A stretch of 36,072 nucleotides of DNA. Origin: Octopus bimaculoides. Lineage: Eukaryota. The position numbers and the translations under genes were made by a program. Location of the stretch: positions 78,040,508 through 78,076,579 of the forward strand of contig NC_068987.1 of NCBI RefSeq assembly GCF_001194135.2, read 5' to 3'. Below are positions 23,285-35,418 of this stretch, piece after piece; the first letter of the stretch is position 1; every line of letters begins with the position of its first letter. The notes under the pieces were generated by a model. That model did not search any database. It was given only the letters and a program-made list of their open reading frames with translations, and was not told where the DNA came from.

Positions 23285-23500
23285 GCTTCTGTGCTTGCAT
23301 TCGTCCTCCTGCACCGCTTGACAACCGATGTCGGTTGGTTTACGTCCCCTTGACATAATTCAACAAAGAAAATCAATAGGATAAGCACTAGACTAGTAAA
23401 AAATAAGTACTATGGCCGATTTCTTCGACCTGAAGGCTTCAAGTCAGTGCCCCATCATGGCCGCAGCCAAATGACGAAACAAAAGATCGAGGATAAATAA
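23285..23500 (+). mobile_element. SINE family C 3' half (diverged)
   Basis: cgcttgacaaccgatg...tttacgtcccc...aataagtac...catggccgcagccaaatgacgaaacaa. Confidence 0.8.
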
Positions 23501-23784
23501 AACACCTTGTTTTATTTTCCTTCATTATTTTTTCGAAAATATCAGCTTTTGCCAAGGATATCAAAGACAATTTAATTGAAATGGCTATAACCGGGAATTG
23601 AAACCAAGTCGCGGGCATGACTTCCCTGAAGCTACCGATCAATTTACTGACGTATCGAGCTACCATTTTTCATCTCCCGATTTCAAAGAAATCAACTTAA
23701 TGATTCTCTCAATGTTCGTTGTTTCAAACAACTTCAGATGTTATATTGAGAAATTGTGACAATGTGGGCTGAAATGAGATGAGA

Positions 23785-23812
23785 AAATATAGATAGCTAG
23801 ATAGATAGATAA

Positions 23813-23884
<72 letters not shown>

Positions 23885-24122
23885 TGAGATAGGTAGATAG
23901 ATAGATAGGTTGATGGAGTGATTGATAGACATGAAGACATATAATTAGATAGATGGCTGGATAGATAGATAAGTAGACTCATTGATCGAGAGACAGAAAG
24001 ACAGATAGATTGATAGACAGAGACACAGAAGACGGAAAGGCCGATAGATAGGTAGGTGGAATGGTGAAAATATGTGTGTGTGTTTGTATGTGTGTAGACA
24101 GAAAAAGAGACAGACTGAATAG

Positions 24123-24160
<38 letters not shown>
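23785..24160. repeat. (GATA)n and degenerate GATA/GACA repeats
   Basis: Direct reading. Confidence 0.9.
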
Positions 24161-24162
<2 letters not shown>

Positions 24163-24781
24163 AAAATAGAGGGTTGTGGGATTGAGAACGATGGCTGAAG
24201 AACAGAAGTGCAATCAAAAAGAGGAAACTGAATGAGGGGCGAAAGAACGAGGATATGCGATAAGAGGAGAGAAAAAATAGGAAGAGAAACAGAGTGGCAT
24301 AGAGAGAGACTAGCATAGATAGAAAGAGAGACAAATATACAGGATAACAAAAGAAGTACTAGAGAACCAAATATAACCTGTCCTTTTTCCATATACATAC
24401 ATACATACATACATACATACATACACACACATATATATNNNNNNNNNNTATACATACATACATACATACATACATACACACATATATATATATATATATC
24501 AAGAGAAAGACAAAGAACGAAATCAACAGAGAGAGAGAGAGAGAGAGAAGGGGAAGTTGAGAAGGAGATAAAAGTATGAGGAATGTGGGTGAGATTGTTC
24601 TGTGATTACCGACGTTGAATTGCGATGCATTCCCAAGTACAGATGTTGATGAGAGAAAATATATTGATATGAAATTTCATAGATGTTCTGCGAGAGATAG
24701 AAGCAAAATCCATACACGGACACATTGAGAAAAATAAAAATAAAAATACCCTGTTATGAAGATGATGATGATGATGATTAC

Positions 24782-24825
<44 letters not shown>

Positions 24826-25151
24826 CAATAACGATAATAAGGACAACAACAACTACACTAATAATGCTAATACTAAAAAAATGCAATAATAATCTTGGTA
24901 AAATATCATTCTGATCTGTTGGTATTAATCCAATTTGCACAATTGTAAAATTAAATTCATTTTTCATAAAGATAACATGATGTGATTAAAACTGCAGAAG
25001 AATTTGATAATATTGAGATATTAAACTTCTGGGATGAAAAGACAAAAAAAAAGCACAAAAAATATAAAGAGAGAAATAAAATAAATATGCATAAAATAGT
25101 ACAATGTCGCTACCAAATATATGTACACACATATGTGTATATATATATATA

Positions 25152-25200
<49 letters not shown>

Positions 25201-26199
25201 NNNNNNNNNNNNNNNNNNNNNNNNNNNNNNNNNNNNNNNNNNNNNNNNNNNNNNNNNNNNNNNNNNNNNNNNNNNNNNNNNNNNNNNNNNNNNNNNNNNN
25301 NNNNNNNNNNNNNNNNNNNNNNNNNNNNNNNNNNNNNNNNNNNNNNNNNNNNNNNNNNNNNNNNNNNNNNNNNNNNNNNNNNNNNNNNNNNNNNNNNNNN
25401 NNNNNNNNNNNNNNNNNNNNNNNNNNNNNNNNNNNNNNNNNNNNNNNNNNNNNNNNNNNNNNNNNNNNNNNNNNNNNNNNNNNNNNNNNNNNNNNNNNNN
25501 NNNNNNNNNNNNNNNNNNNNNNNNNNNNNNNNNNNNNNNNNNNNNNNNNNNNNNNNNNNNNNNNNNNNNNNNNNNNNNNNNNNNNNNNNNNNNNNNNNNN
25601 NNNNNNNNNNNNNNNNNNNNNNNNNNNNNNNNNNNNNNNNNNNNNNNNNNNNNNNNNNNNNNNNNNNNNNNNNNNNNNNNNNNNNNNNNNNNNNNNNNNN
25701 NNNNNNNNNNNNNNNNNNNNNNNNNNNNNNNNNNNNNNNNNNNNNNNNNNNNNNNNNNNNNNNNNNNNNNNNNNNNNNNNNNNNNNNNNNNNNNNNNNNN
25801 NNNNNNNNNNNNNNNNNNNNNNNNNNNNNNNNNNNNNNNNNNNNNNNNNNNNNNNNNNNNNNNNNNNNNNNNNNNNNNNNNNNNNNNNNNNNNNNNNNNN
25901 NNNNNNNNNNNNNNNNNNNNNNNNNNNNNNNNNNNNNNNNNNNNNNNNNNNNNNNNNNNNNNNNNNNNNNNNNNNNNNNNNNNNNNNNNNNNNNNNNTAG
26001 AAATATATATGTATATATATTCGAAAAATAAATTATATATAAAATTAAGCTGTCATGTCTTGCTATTAATAATAATGTTTAATAATTAAGAAAAAAAAAA
26101 GTTAATTGGCTTAAAGATGGATGTATTAATAGATAATTTAATTTGAATACAGAAATCTTAACGCTTTTATCGACGTGCCTTCTTCTAATTAGAAAAATG

Positions 26200-26201
26200 C
26201 A

Positions 26202-26294
<93 letters not shown>

Positions 26295-26343
26295 GATGAT
26301 GATGATGATGATAATTATGATGATGATGATGATTATGTATTTG

Positions 26344-26420
<77 letters not shown>

Positions 26421-26430
26421 CAATAATGAT
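26200..26430. repeat. (ATT)n/(ATG)n microsatellite
   Basis: Direct reading. Confidence 0.96.
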
Positions 26431-26719
26431 AATCATAATATTCGTATCTGAGCGGCTATGAGTGTAAATATCGTCGCTCCGCAAGTTTTCTTCCGTTTTC
26501 TGAAATATCTTCAACGAAATTTTAGAATTTGATTATTGATATTGTTGACGAACTTCTCCAGAAAAAGAAAATGTAGTAATATAACACTCAGCTGTTTCCT
26601 AATTAGGGGAAACGCCGCTGTTTTTACTCGTAGTTTCCAACTATTGTACAAAAGCTTTTTAAAGGAATGTCAACAAGTTTGACATCTGGCAGTAAAGGTA
26701 GAAGTCTTCCGTGAGAACC

Positions 26720-27710
26720 ATGGTTGTGGAGGCGGTGAGGCTATCGATATAACACAAGGAGAGCAGCTATCAGTTTTAAACCTGGGTTCAAATTAACAAG
26801 TTCTGCCTCTGTGGCGATGTAGTGAATTGCATGTCTCAGTGGCTCTGAGAGCTATGCTAGCAGAACGTAAACGCCTAGCAGGGCTTCCCATGTAAGACAT
26901 ATCAAAGGATAGATGCCTGGCGGAGTGGACCTATTTCTTTTCCAAGAGGTAAAGATGGGTTTGCGCAGGGCCAACAATCCTACTAAGAGAGAAAAAAAAA
27001 AGAAAACATAGTTATAAATGCTTTGATGGCAAGTCAAAACCAACAAGACCTGTTTTCCCGATTCAAGGGCTGAGAATAGCTCGATGGCCCATGGTCCATC
27101 GGGAGCGAAAGACTTAAGTGTAATAAGATTGAAGAACTAGAAGCCAGAGATAGCTCCGACAGAAAGAGAGCTTCGTCTAGGTGCAGCCCTATCACAGTCC
27201 ATCTGGCTCTCTGGGTGCATTTGAATTAAGATTTGCGGATGGTTGTTACTGCATCAGGCATAAAAAAAGACAAAAGTAGCTAGGAATTGTTACGTTAGGA
27301 TGTTGACTATGACAACTGGACTGTTAGATAACATCTGAAAGTCAATGACACACGAAAGGCAGCATTGATTAAAAACGAAATGTTAAAATTGCAAGTGAAC
27401 ATTGCAACATTAAAATAAGAATAAGAAACTTCATGACTAAGAAGCTACATCGTATTGGTTTTGTTGTGCAAGAAGGACCGAGCGGGTCTTGTCCTGTCGG
27501 CTCCATACATCAGACGAACCTCTAAATCTTGTCAGTATTTGCCTCAGACACTACAATTCACAAGACACAAAGGACGAATTCTATGAAAAATCCTCAAAGA
27601 CAACTCGTGCAATACGAAACTAGCAATAGCTACTGCTGTTTGTCGACTTCAATGCCAGATTGAGTTGAGATCACGAATCCTAGCCAATTGATTGAGATAC
27701 TTTATGGGCT
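26720..27710 (+). mobile_element. RTE-clade LINE 5' UTR and decayed AP-endonuclease start
   Basis: Across frames: MTTGLLDNI, NDTRKAALIKNEMLKLQVNIATLK, NLVSI, SQDTKDEFYEK, LLLFVDFNARLS*DHES*P (GDFNAR motif). The upstream GC-richer leader (gtggctctgagagctatg) resembles RTE 5' UTRs; left boundary approximate. Confidence 0.82.
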
Positions 27711-28099
27711 GTGTCTCCAATAGTTACTTCAAAATAAACCCTTTGTAGTGTCTTGGAAATCTCCCCACCTTAAGCACTAGAACCAACTATACAAGCAAAA
27801 CACTTTAGGAAAGGGCTGATGGCACAGCCCTTCCAAAGTGCCGACTGAGATATGGGTCTTCAAAGGAAGACGACGTGCATGGTGCCAGCCACCACGAAAC
27901 CAGCGCATTGATATCACTATGACACAACATCCAGTCAAAACGATAGTGTTCAACAGGTTGTTGGAAAAGCTCTGTACAAGTACTAGGCTGAGATGGGATT
28001 CTCTCAGGGACACCATACGGAACAACGCATTGAAGGCTTGAAGAAACGGAGCAAGACAAGATACAGGAGTGGTCCGAAACATTTCAGCAACCTCATGTA

Positions 28100-28108
28100 T
28101 ATACGTAA

Positions 28109-28139
<31 letters not shown>

Positions 28140-28424
28140 TGTATGCATGTATGTATGCATGTATGTATGTATGTATGTATGTGTGCGTGTGTGTATATAT
28201 CTGTGTATGTGTGTCTTTGTGTCTGTGCTTATACCTCCATCACCACTTGACAACCAGTGTTGATGTCTTTATGTCCCCGTAACTTAACGGTTCGGCAAAT
28301 TTGACCAATGCAATAAGTACTGGGCTTTAAAAAAATAAGTCGTGGGGTCGATTTCTTCGACTGAGACCATTCAAGGTGGTGCTCCAGCATGGCCACAGTC
28401 AAATGACTGAAACAAATAAAAGGA

Positions 28425-28425
<1 letters not shown>
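28100..28425 (+). mobile_element. SINE family C 3' half preceded by (TATG)n
   Basis: cttgacaacc...gtccccgtaacttaacggttcggcaaa...ggtgctccagcatggccacagtcaaatgactgaaacaa. Confidence 0.88.
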
Positions 28426-28466
<41 letters not shown>

Positions 28467-28865
28467 TTCGGCTTAATCTGTCGCCCGATCTATAGCGACC
28501 ACTTGTTCCGCTAGCGTCCTTAATGGGTTCCTCCTGTTGCATTCGACCAAGTCTCCGGNNNNNNNNNNNNNNNNNNNNNNNNNNNNNNNNNNNNNNNNNN
28601 NNNNNNNNNNNNNNNNNNNNNNNNNNNNNNNNNNNNNNNNNNNNNNNNNNNNNNNNNNNNNNNNNNNNNNNNNNNNNNNNNNNNNNNNNNNNNNNNNNNN
28701 NNNNNNNNNNNNNNNNNNNNNNNNNNNNNNNNNNNNNNNNNNNNNNNNNNNNNNNNNNNNNNNNNNNNNNNNNNNNNNNNNNNNNNNNNNNNNNNNNNNN
28801 NNNNNNNNNNNNNNNNNNNNNNNNNNNNNNNNNNNNNNNNNNNNNNNNNNNNNNNNNNNNNNNNN

Positions 28866-28995
28866 CAGGACTTATACTTTGTAAGCCTAGTACTTATTCT
28901 ATAGGTCTCTTTGGTCGAACCCCTTGGTAAAGGGGACGTAAAGACGCCAACATCGGTTGTCAAGCGATGGTGAGGGAACAAACACAGACACGCAA
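28866..28995 (-). mobile_element. SINE family C 3' fragment (cut by gap)
   Basis: Reverse complement of 12265-12380. Confidence 0.88.
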
Positions 28996-29049
28996 ATACA
29001 TACATACGTACATACATACATACATACATACATACATACATACATACAT

Positions 29050-29150
29050 AGAGGCAGCTGATGAAGGAATAGTTCCACAAGTGGCTTGTTTGTTTTCCTA
29101 TGTGTTCGTTCCGTTGTTGTAGTTCATTTTTCTAACGTCCTGTACTCGTC
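29050..29150 (+). ncRNA. Degenerate hammerhead-like motif in a short repeat
   Basis: CTGATGA (29058-29064), A, GGAA-tag-TTCC, ACAA: intact core and helix II, GAAA lost. Confidence 0.3.
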
Positions 29151-29208
29151 ATGTAGATGTAGGTATGTACATATATGAGTATATACATGCATATGCTTAT
29201 ATATCCTT

Positions 29209-29251
<43 letters not shown>

Positions 29252-30466
29252 GTAAATGTCGAACGATGAAAATGAGTGCTCATCACCCTATTGGTTTATA
29301 TAATTTCTTTATTAGTGAATTAAGTAAGGGTACTATTGGATTCATGTTAAGAGAAGTAAGAAGATACGCTAGTGTCTTAACAGATTTTCAAGCCTATCAT
29401 ATAGAAAAAAATGTTCACCTCCATTTTGGAAAACACAACCTCGTTTAGTTCTTTATATATTATCTATCTATCTATTTAAGTATTGAAGTTGAAAAGGCTT
29501 CACAAGCTGCTAATTTCACGTAACCGATTTGTGATGTCTTTCCAGTTTCTATAAAATATTGTTTTATTCTACCATTAGCGTTTAAGGTGCTATTTTCTCC
29601 ACGTTGTTTCACATCCATATGTTCACATGTATATATATGAGTATATATACATCTATATACATGTATGCATATATATGTGTGCGTGTGTGTGTGTGCAGGG
29701 GTATGTGCTCGACACATTAAAATCTTATTTTTCAGTTTACAATTCTCATTTCCTTTGAGACTTATTTTAAAAATCGATGTTATTAAGACCTTTTCCAATT
29801 AACTAAACGAAATTAGTTCATTCTGGAATCGAAACCGCGCACTCGGACACAACTCACTGTGAACTTACCTGTATTAGTTTATTCTAACACTATTCACACC
29901 ACATTGACTTTTTCTTAAAAATATATCAATAACATTAACAACATTTGCAGTTGTATACGACAGTCGGATGTCCCCAGGAGTGAAACTTGCTTCTACTGTC
30001 CGAACTGTATCTTGCAATGGTCAGCTCTGTTCATGGCTGAATAAATCCAATTATAACTCTACTTCACCCCTACGACCTCTAACACTTTCCCTTTTCTTCT
30101 CCCCCCCCCTTACATTCGGTACAACGTTTTCTTCTCTATATTCTTTTGTTTTCTTTTGTTTGTTTCTTTTTTTAAATATGTTATATTATTTTTGTTGTTT
30201 TTCATCGTAAGGCATCTTGTTTAAGGTTAACGTCACAACCGGGTCAGTGTCGAAGCCTCGGGTCTCGAGCCTAGTCCTTATTAAATACAAGATGGTATTG
30301 ACAACAAGATACTAATGTATCAACCATCGTAGCTTTCAATAGGATCTTAAACCATGCAACATACAGCTGTGCACCTTAATAGGGACTTCGGGCTATATAA
30401 GGTACCTAACTTTTATTTTATTATATCGTATTTATATTTAAAACATCTGTGTCTCCTTCTCTCCCA

Positions 30467-30512
<46 letters not shown>

Positions 30513-30541
30513 CTTCTTTCGCGTACATTTTCCTCTTTTAT

Positions 30542-30580
<39 letters not shown>

Positions 30581-30859
30581 GTTAGTCTTAATATCTTTAC
30601 ATACATACGTACACATTTACGCACGCGCACACAACAGACAGATAATTCTCTTTCTCTCTCTCTTTCTTTCGGCTTCCTTTCTTCTTCTCCTTAAAGCTTC
30701 CTTTTCTTTGTTCAGATGTTTTTGCTAGTTTTTCTTTCGATCACCTCCACCCTAGCCACCAACCACCAATCATCAGCCTACACTAACATCATTATCATCA
30801 CATACAGCTTCAACAATAATAAAACAAACGTGGCAAACGATAGGGTAAGGGATTAAATA

Positions 30860-30945
30860 GATTCTCTCACGCTTCAACGTTCAAATCTTGCTGGGTCGTC
30901 GCAGTTTTTCATTTCTAAGGGCTCGATAAATTAAACACCAGCAAT
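30860..30945 (+). mobile_element. SINE family A fragment (diverged)
   Basis: gttcaaatcttgctgggtcgtc...tttcatttctaagggctcgataaattaaacaccag. Confidence 0.6.
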
Positions 30946-30980
30946 ATGTAACTACATACATACATACATACGCGCGCGCG

Positions 30981-31012
<32 letters not shown>

Positions 31013-31440
31013 AACACACACACACGCACACACACACAAATACATACATGCATACATACATATATATATATATACTTATATGCATACATACATACATATA
31101 TACATACATACATACATACANNNNNNNNNNNNNNNNNNNNNNNNNNNNNNNNNNNNNNNNNNNNNNNNNNNNNNNNNNNNNNNNNNNNNNNNNNNNNNNN
31201 NNNNNNNNNNNNNNNNNNNNNNNNNNNNNNNNNNNNNNNNNNNNNNNNNNNNNNNNNNNNNNNNNNNNNNNNNNNNNNNNNNNNNNNNNNNNNNNNNNNN
31301 NNNNNNNNNNNNNNNNNNNNNNNNNNNNNNNNNNNNNNNNNNNNNNNNNNNNNNNNNNNNNNNNNNNNNNNNNNNNNNNNNNNNNNNNNNNNNNNNNNNN
31401 NNNNNNNNNNNNNNNNNNNNNNNNNNNNNNNNNNNNNNNN

Positions 31441-31710
31441 GAGTTATGGGGACGTGAACACACCAACATCGGTTGTCAAATGAAGTTGGAGGGACAAACA
31501 CAGACACACAAACATATACACACACATACATATATACATATACATATATACGACGGGATTCTTTCAGTTTCCGTCTATCAAATCCACTCACAAGGCTTTG
31601 GTCGACCCGAGGCTATAGTAGAAGACACTTGCCTAAGATGCCACGCAGTGGAACAGAACTCGGAACCATGTGGTTGGTAAACAAGCTATTTACCACACAG
31701 CCACTCCTGC
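31441..31710 (-). mobile_element. SINE family C (head to mid-tail)
   Basis: Minus strand gcaggagtggctgtgtggtaaatagcttg...; collinear with 12062-12320, with internal microsatellite. Confidence 0.92.
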
Positions 31711-31915
31711 GCTTCAGTCCATTTGACTGCGGCCATGCTAGAGCACCGCCTTTAGCCGAAGAAATCGCCCCCAGTACTTATTCTTTGTTAGCCTAGTACT
31801 TATTCTATCGACCTCTTTTACTGAAACGCTACGTTTGAGGGACACACTCACACACTAACATCATTTATCAAACGATGATAGGAGGACAAACACAAACACG
31901 AAGACACACATGCAC
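31711..31915 (-). mobile_element. SINE family C 3' half directly upstream of the previous copy
   Basis: catttgactgcggccatgctagagcaccgcc...agtacttattctttgttagcctagtacttattctatcg. Confidence 0.85.
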
Positions 31916-31932
31916 AAATATATATACACATA

Positions 31933-32148
31933 CAGTAATCCCTCGTCATATTGCGGTTCACTTATCGTGGTTCACCTATCGCGGTTCACCTATCGCGATT
32001 CACCTATCGCGTTTTCTTATTTAAGCTTACGTCGATTCCTCCGTGGTGTTATTTTTCATTTGTAATAAAATAAATATATATAATTTATAAAAGTAATTAA
32101 AAAAATATACAGTCCAGCACTGTTTATACTTCGCAGATTTTCACCTAT
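31933..32148. mobile_element. Tigger/pogo-type element end, running into gap
   Basis: TA|CAGTAATCCCTCG Tigger-like terminus followed by four 14-bp GCGGTTCACCTATC units. Confidence 0.75.
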
Positions 32149-32887
32149 NNNNNNNNNNNNNNNNNNNNNNNNNNNNNNNNNNNNNNNNNNNNNNNNNNNN
32201 NNNNNNNNNNNNNNNNNNNNNNNNNNNNNNNNNNNNNNNNNNNNNNNNNNNNNNNNNNNNNNNNNNNNNNNNNNNNNNNNNNNNNNNNNNNNNNNNNNNN
32301 NNNNNNNNNNNNNNNNNNNNNNNNNNNNNNNNNNNNNNNNNNNNNNNNNNNNNNNNNNNNNNNNNNNNNNNNNNNNNNNNNNNNNNNNNNNNNNNNNNNN
32401 NNNNNNNNNNNNNNNNNNNNNNNNNNNNNNNNNNNNNNNNNNNNNNNNNNNNNNNNNNNNNNNNNNNNNNNNNNNNNNNNNNNNNNNNNNNNNNNNNNNN
32501 NNNNNNNNNNNNNNNNNNNNNNNNNNNNNNNNNNNNNNNNNNNNNNNNNNNNNNNNNNNNNNNNNNNNNNNNNNNNNNNNNNNNNNNNNNNNNNNNNNNN
32601 NNNNNNNNNNNNNNNNNNNNNNNNNNNNNNNNNNNNNNNNNNNNNNNNNNNNNNNNNNNNNNNNNNNNNNNNNNNNNNNNNNNNNNNNNNNNNNNNNNNN
32701 NNNNNNNNNNNNNNNNNNNNNNNNNNNNNNNNNNNNNNNNNNNNNNNNNNNNNNNNNNNNNNNNNNNNNNNNNNNNNNNNNNNNNNNNNNNNNNNNNNNN
32801 NNNNNNNNNNNNNNNNNNNNNNNNNNNNNNNNNNNNNNNNNNNNNNNNNNNNNNNNNNNNNNNNNNNNNNNNNNNNNNNNNNNNNNN

Positions 32888-33915
32888 TACAAGGAAACAA
32901 AAAATGGAACAAGAACGTAACACACGACAACAAAACATCCGGACAGTTAGACGATAGAAAAAAGGACAGGAAAAAACAAGGACGGGTCATTCGATCCTCA
33001 GTCGAGTACCAGATTATCTTAGCATTTTCGGCCGGTTATACACGAGACTGCTCGAATTGGGTCGGCCGCAAGAAAATCTAAGCTAAGAGCATTAGATTCT
33101 TTGGAAGACAGTAAGCGAATGTATACAAAAACAAGGATGAAAAAAAAACGAGACATGGTACACAATTACAAATACAAACAACACGATATTAACAACAGGT
33201 GTCTTTCGATTAAGGACGAATCAAATTAAGCTGGCATGTGTGGAAGTGAAGTCTTACGGCAGGGACATTAGAAATGAAAGTCATGGGGAGGAATATAAGA
33301 GATGCTACACGGAAGGTTGGTGATCCAAGAAAGAAAGGTCATGCTTGTCGAAACAGCGGTCCCGTGGAAGGAGGAGAGAGAGAGGTAGGGGCAGAGGGAT
33401 TAAAGAATTAGGGAGTGACGTGTGTGTGTGTCCACAGTATGTGTGTCTACAGTATGTGTGTTTACAGTATGTAGATGATTATATACACGCAAGAACTTAC
33501 TGTGGACACGGCTGCGTGGTGTTCGATTATAAATAAATAAAAAATACACATTAAGTACAGGACAGATTACCAAACAATACACAGTAAGAACAGGACATCA
33601 ACAACGAGTGAAAAATACGTAAGCACATAAAGAGAGGCAAGTACGGGACAAAATACCAAAAGAAGTCTAATTCCACCTCAGTTGTCGACTGCTTATTACT
33701 CCCTATTTCGAGGAAAACTTCATAAGACAGCAGCATCCAGAAATTTAAAAAATATAAAATTTGTGGAGAGTTAGGGCTTCGAACGAACAAACTACAAAAT
33801 GGACGTATAGAGTAAACAATCGACGACGACAAACGTTAAGGGCCGTTAGGCCAAGACGCATTATGATGGGTAACGCCTGGGAGAAATTTTGAAAGGATAT
33901 AGAATAAATAGAAGA
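32888..33915 (-). repeat. Unclassified non-coding repeat between two gaps, possibly a Penelope-like terminal region
   Basis: Complex non-coding sequence, T-rich on the minus strand, with a weak hammerhead-like remnant at 33706-33726(-). Classification is a guess. Confidence 0.3.
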
Positions 33916-34574
33916 NNNNNNNNNNNNNNNNNNNNNNNNNNNNNNNNNNNNNNNNNNNNNNNNNNNNNNNNNNNNNNNNNNNNNNNNNNNNNNNNNNNNN
34001 NNNNNNNNNNNNNNNNNNNNNNNNNNNNNNNNNNNNNNNNNNNNNNNNNNNNNNNNNNNNNNNNNNNNNNNNNNNNNNNNNNNNNNNNNNNNNNNNNNNN
34101 NNNNNNNNNNNNNNNNNNNNNNNNNNNNNNNNNNNNNNNNNNNNNNNNNNNNNNNNNNNNNNNNNNNNNNNNNNNNNNNNNNNNNNNNNNNNNNNNNNNN
34201 NNNNNNNNNNNNNNNNNNNNNNNNNNNNNNNNNNNNNNNNNNNNNNNNNNNNNNNNNNNNNNNNNNNNNNNNNNNNNNNNNNNNNNNNNNNNNNNNNNNN
34301 NNNNNNNNNNNNNNNNNNNNNNNNNNNNNNNNNNNNNNNNNNNNNNNNNNNNNNNNNNNNNNNNNNNNNNNNNNNNNNNNNNNNNNNTATACATATATAT
34401 TTATATATACGTGATCTGATCTATAAGTATCGTGAGTGTTGCCATAATAACGAAGCTAAAGCCCACAGAGTAAACCCGCTTTGCACAGATTAACCTTGAA
34501 GTATGCTATGCATGCGCACTAAGTTTTAACGTTCTAACTCACTCCTCCTGTTTACGACAGCGCTTGGAGGGAAG

Positions 34575-34636
34575 GAGAGAATGCCGCTAACCATTTTGTT
34601 CACCTCGCTAAAGATTCTGCCAGCTCAACGCCTTCA
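34575..34636 (-). mobile_element. SINE family A head fragment
   Basis: Minus strand gaaggcgttgagctggcagaatctttagc...ttagcggcatt. Confidence 0.7.
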
Positions 34637-35266
34637 GTAATAAGTATAATAAGTTGCCGATATTGCTGATATTTCTGTATAAAATGCCTTGTAAGTTCGT
34701 ATAAAGCTTAAAGAGCTTATCGTGTTCTCGGGATTTTCAGCTTTCCTTCAATCCATCTCAATCTCGTATCTTCTTTGGCACGTTTCAATCAGTCTTAGTT
34801 TTTCGTAAATGGTACCAATAGCATTCATTTTTTTTTCCTGTGTACAAACACAAACCAGTTATTTTAACTATATACGTTCGCAGAAGAAGAGGCAAAAACA
34901 GAGGAAACCAACATTAATATGAGAATATGTATATATTTCTGCACGGTAATCGTTCTACTCCGGGAAAGTAAACTGCAAGTGCCATTTACTTTAGAGTTTT
35001 CTATTTTCTTGGAAGTTTGTCAATCGAAGAAGATAAGATGGCTACGTGACAAATTTAACGACAATAAAATCATAAGAACATCTGAAATCCTGTAAAAAAT
35101 TTCAAACTCTATCAGCTATGTACCGAGTTTATTTTTCCTCGTGTGATTTTATGCTTCTGTATTTTTNNNNNNNNNNNNNNNNNNNNNNNNNNNNNNNNNN
35201 NNNNNNNNNNNNNNNNNNNNNNNNNNNNNNNNNNNNNNNNNNNNNNNNNNNNNNNNNNNNNNNNNN

Positions 35267-35418
35267 GAACCGAGCCCGAAACAGCGTCGTTGCACAGTGG
35301 GCTTCTTAACTACAGAGCCATACCTGCACCAATAAAATTGACCTCATTGTAATTCGAACTTAGAGCAGAGAGAGTCGGAAAAATACTACGAAGAATTTTA
35401 TTCGAAGCACTAACGACC
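35267..35418 (-). mobile_element. Adjacent SINE C head and SINE A head fragments
   Basis: cttcttaactacagagccatacctgc (C head, reverse complement) and ttcgaactt...gcactaacgaccctgcc (A head, reverse complement). Confidence 0.6.

Noticed and set aside
28040-28085. TTGAAGA...GGA/TCC-GAAACATT hammerhead-like layout
   Set aside because: Core and helix spacing are wrong and the core is mutated.
29860-30040. Perfect minus-strand donor CAG|GTAAGT at 29869 with a possible upstream acceptor
   Set aside because: All three frames have stops within ~20 nt of the donor; at most a non-coding exon, which needs RNA-seq.
34755-34840. Minus-strand 29-codon frame EKKMNAIGTIYEKLRLIETCQRRYEIEMD* after a cag acceptor
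   Set aside because: Too short, no known motif; expected by chance.
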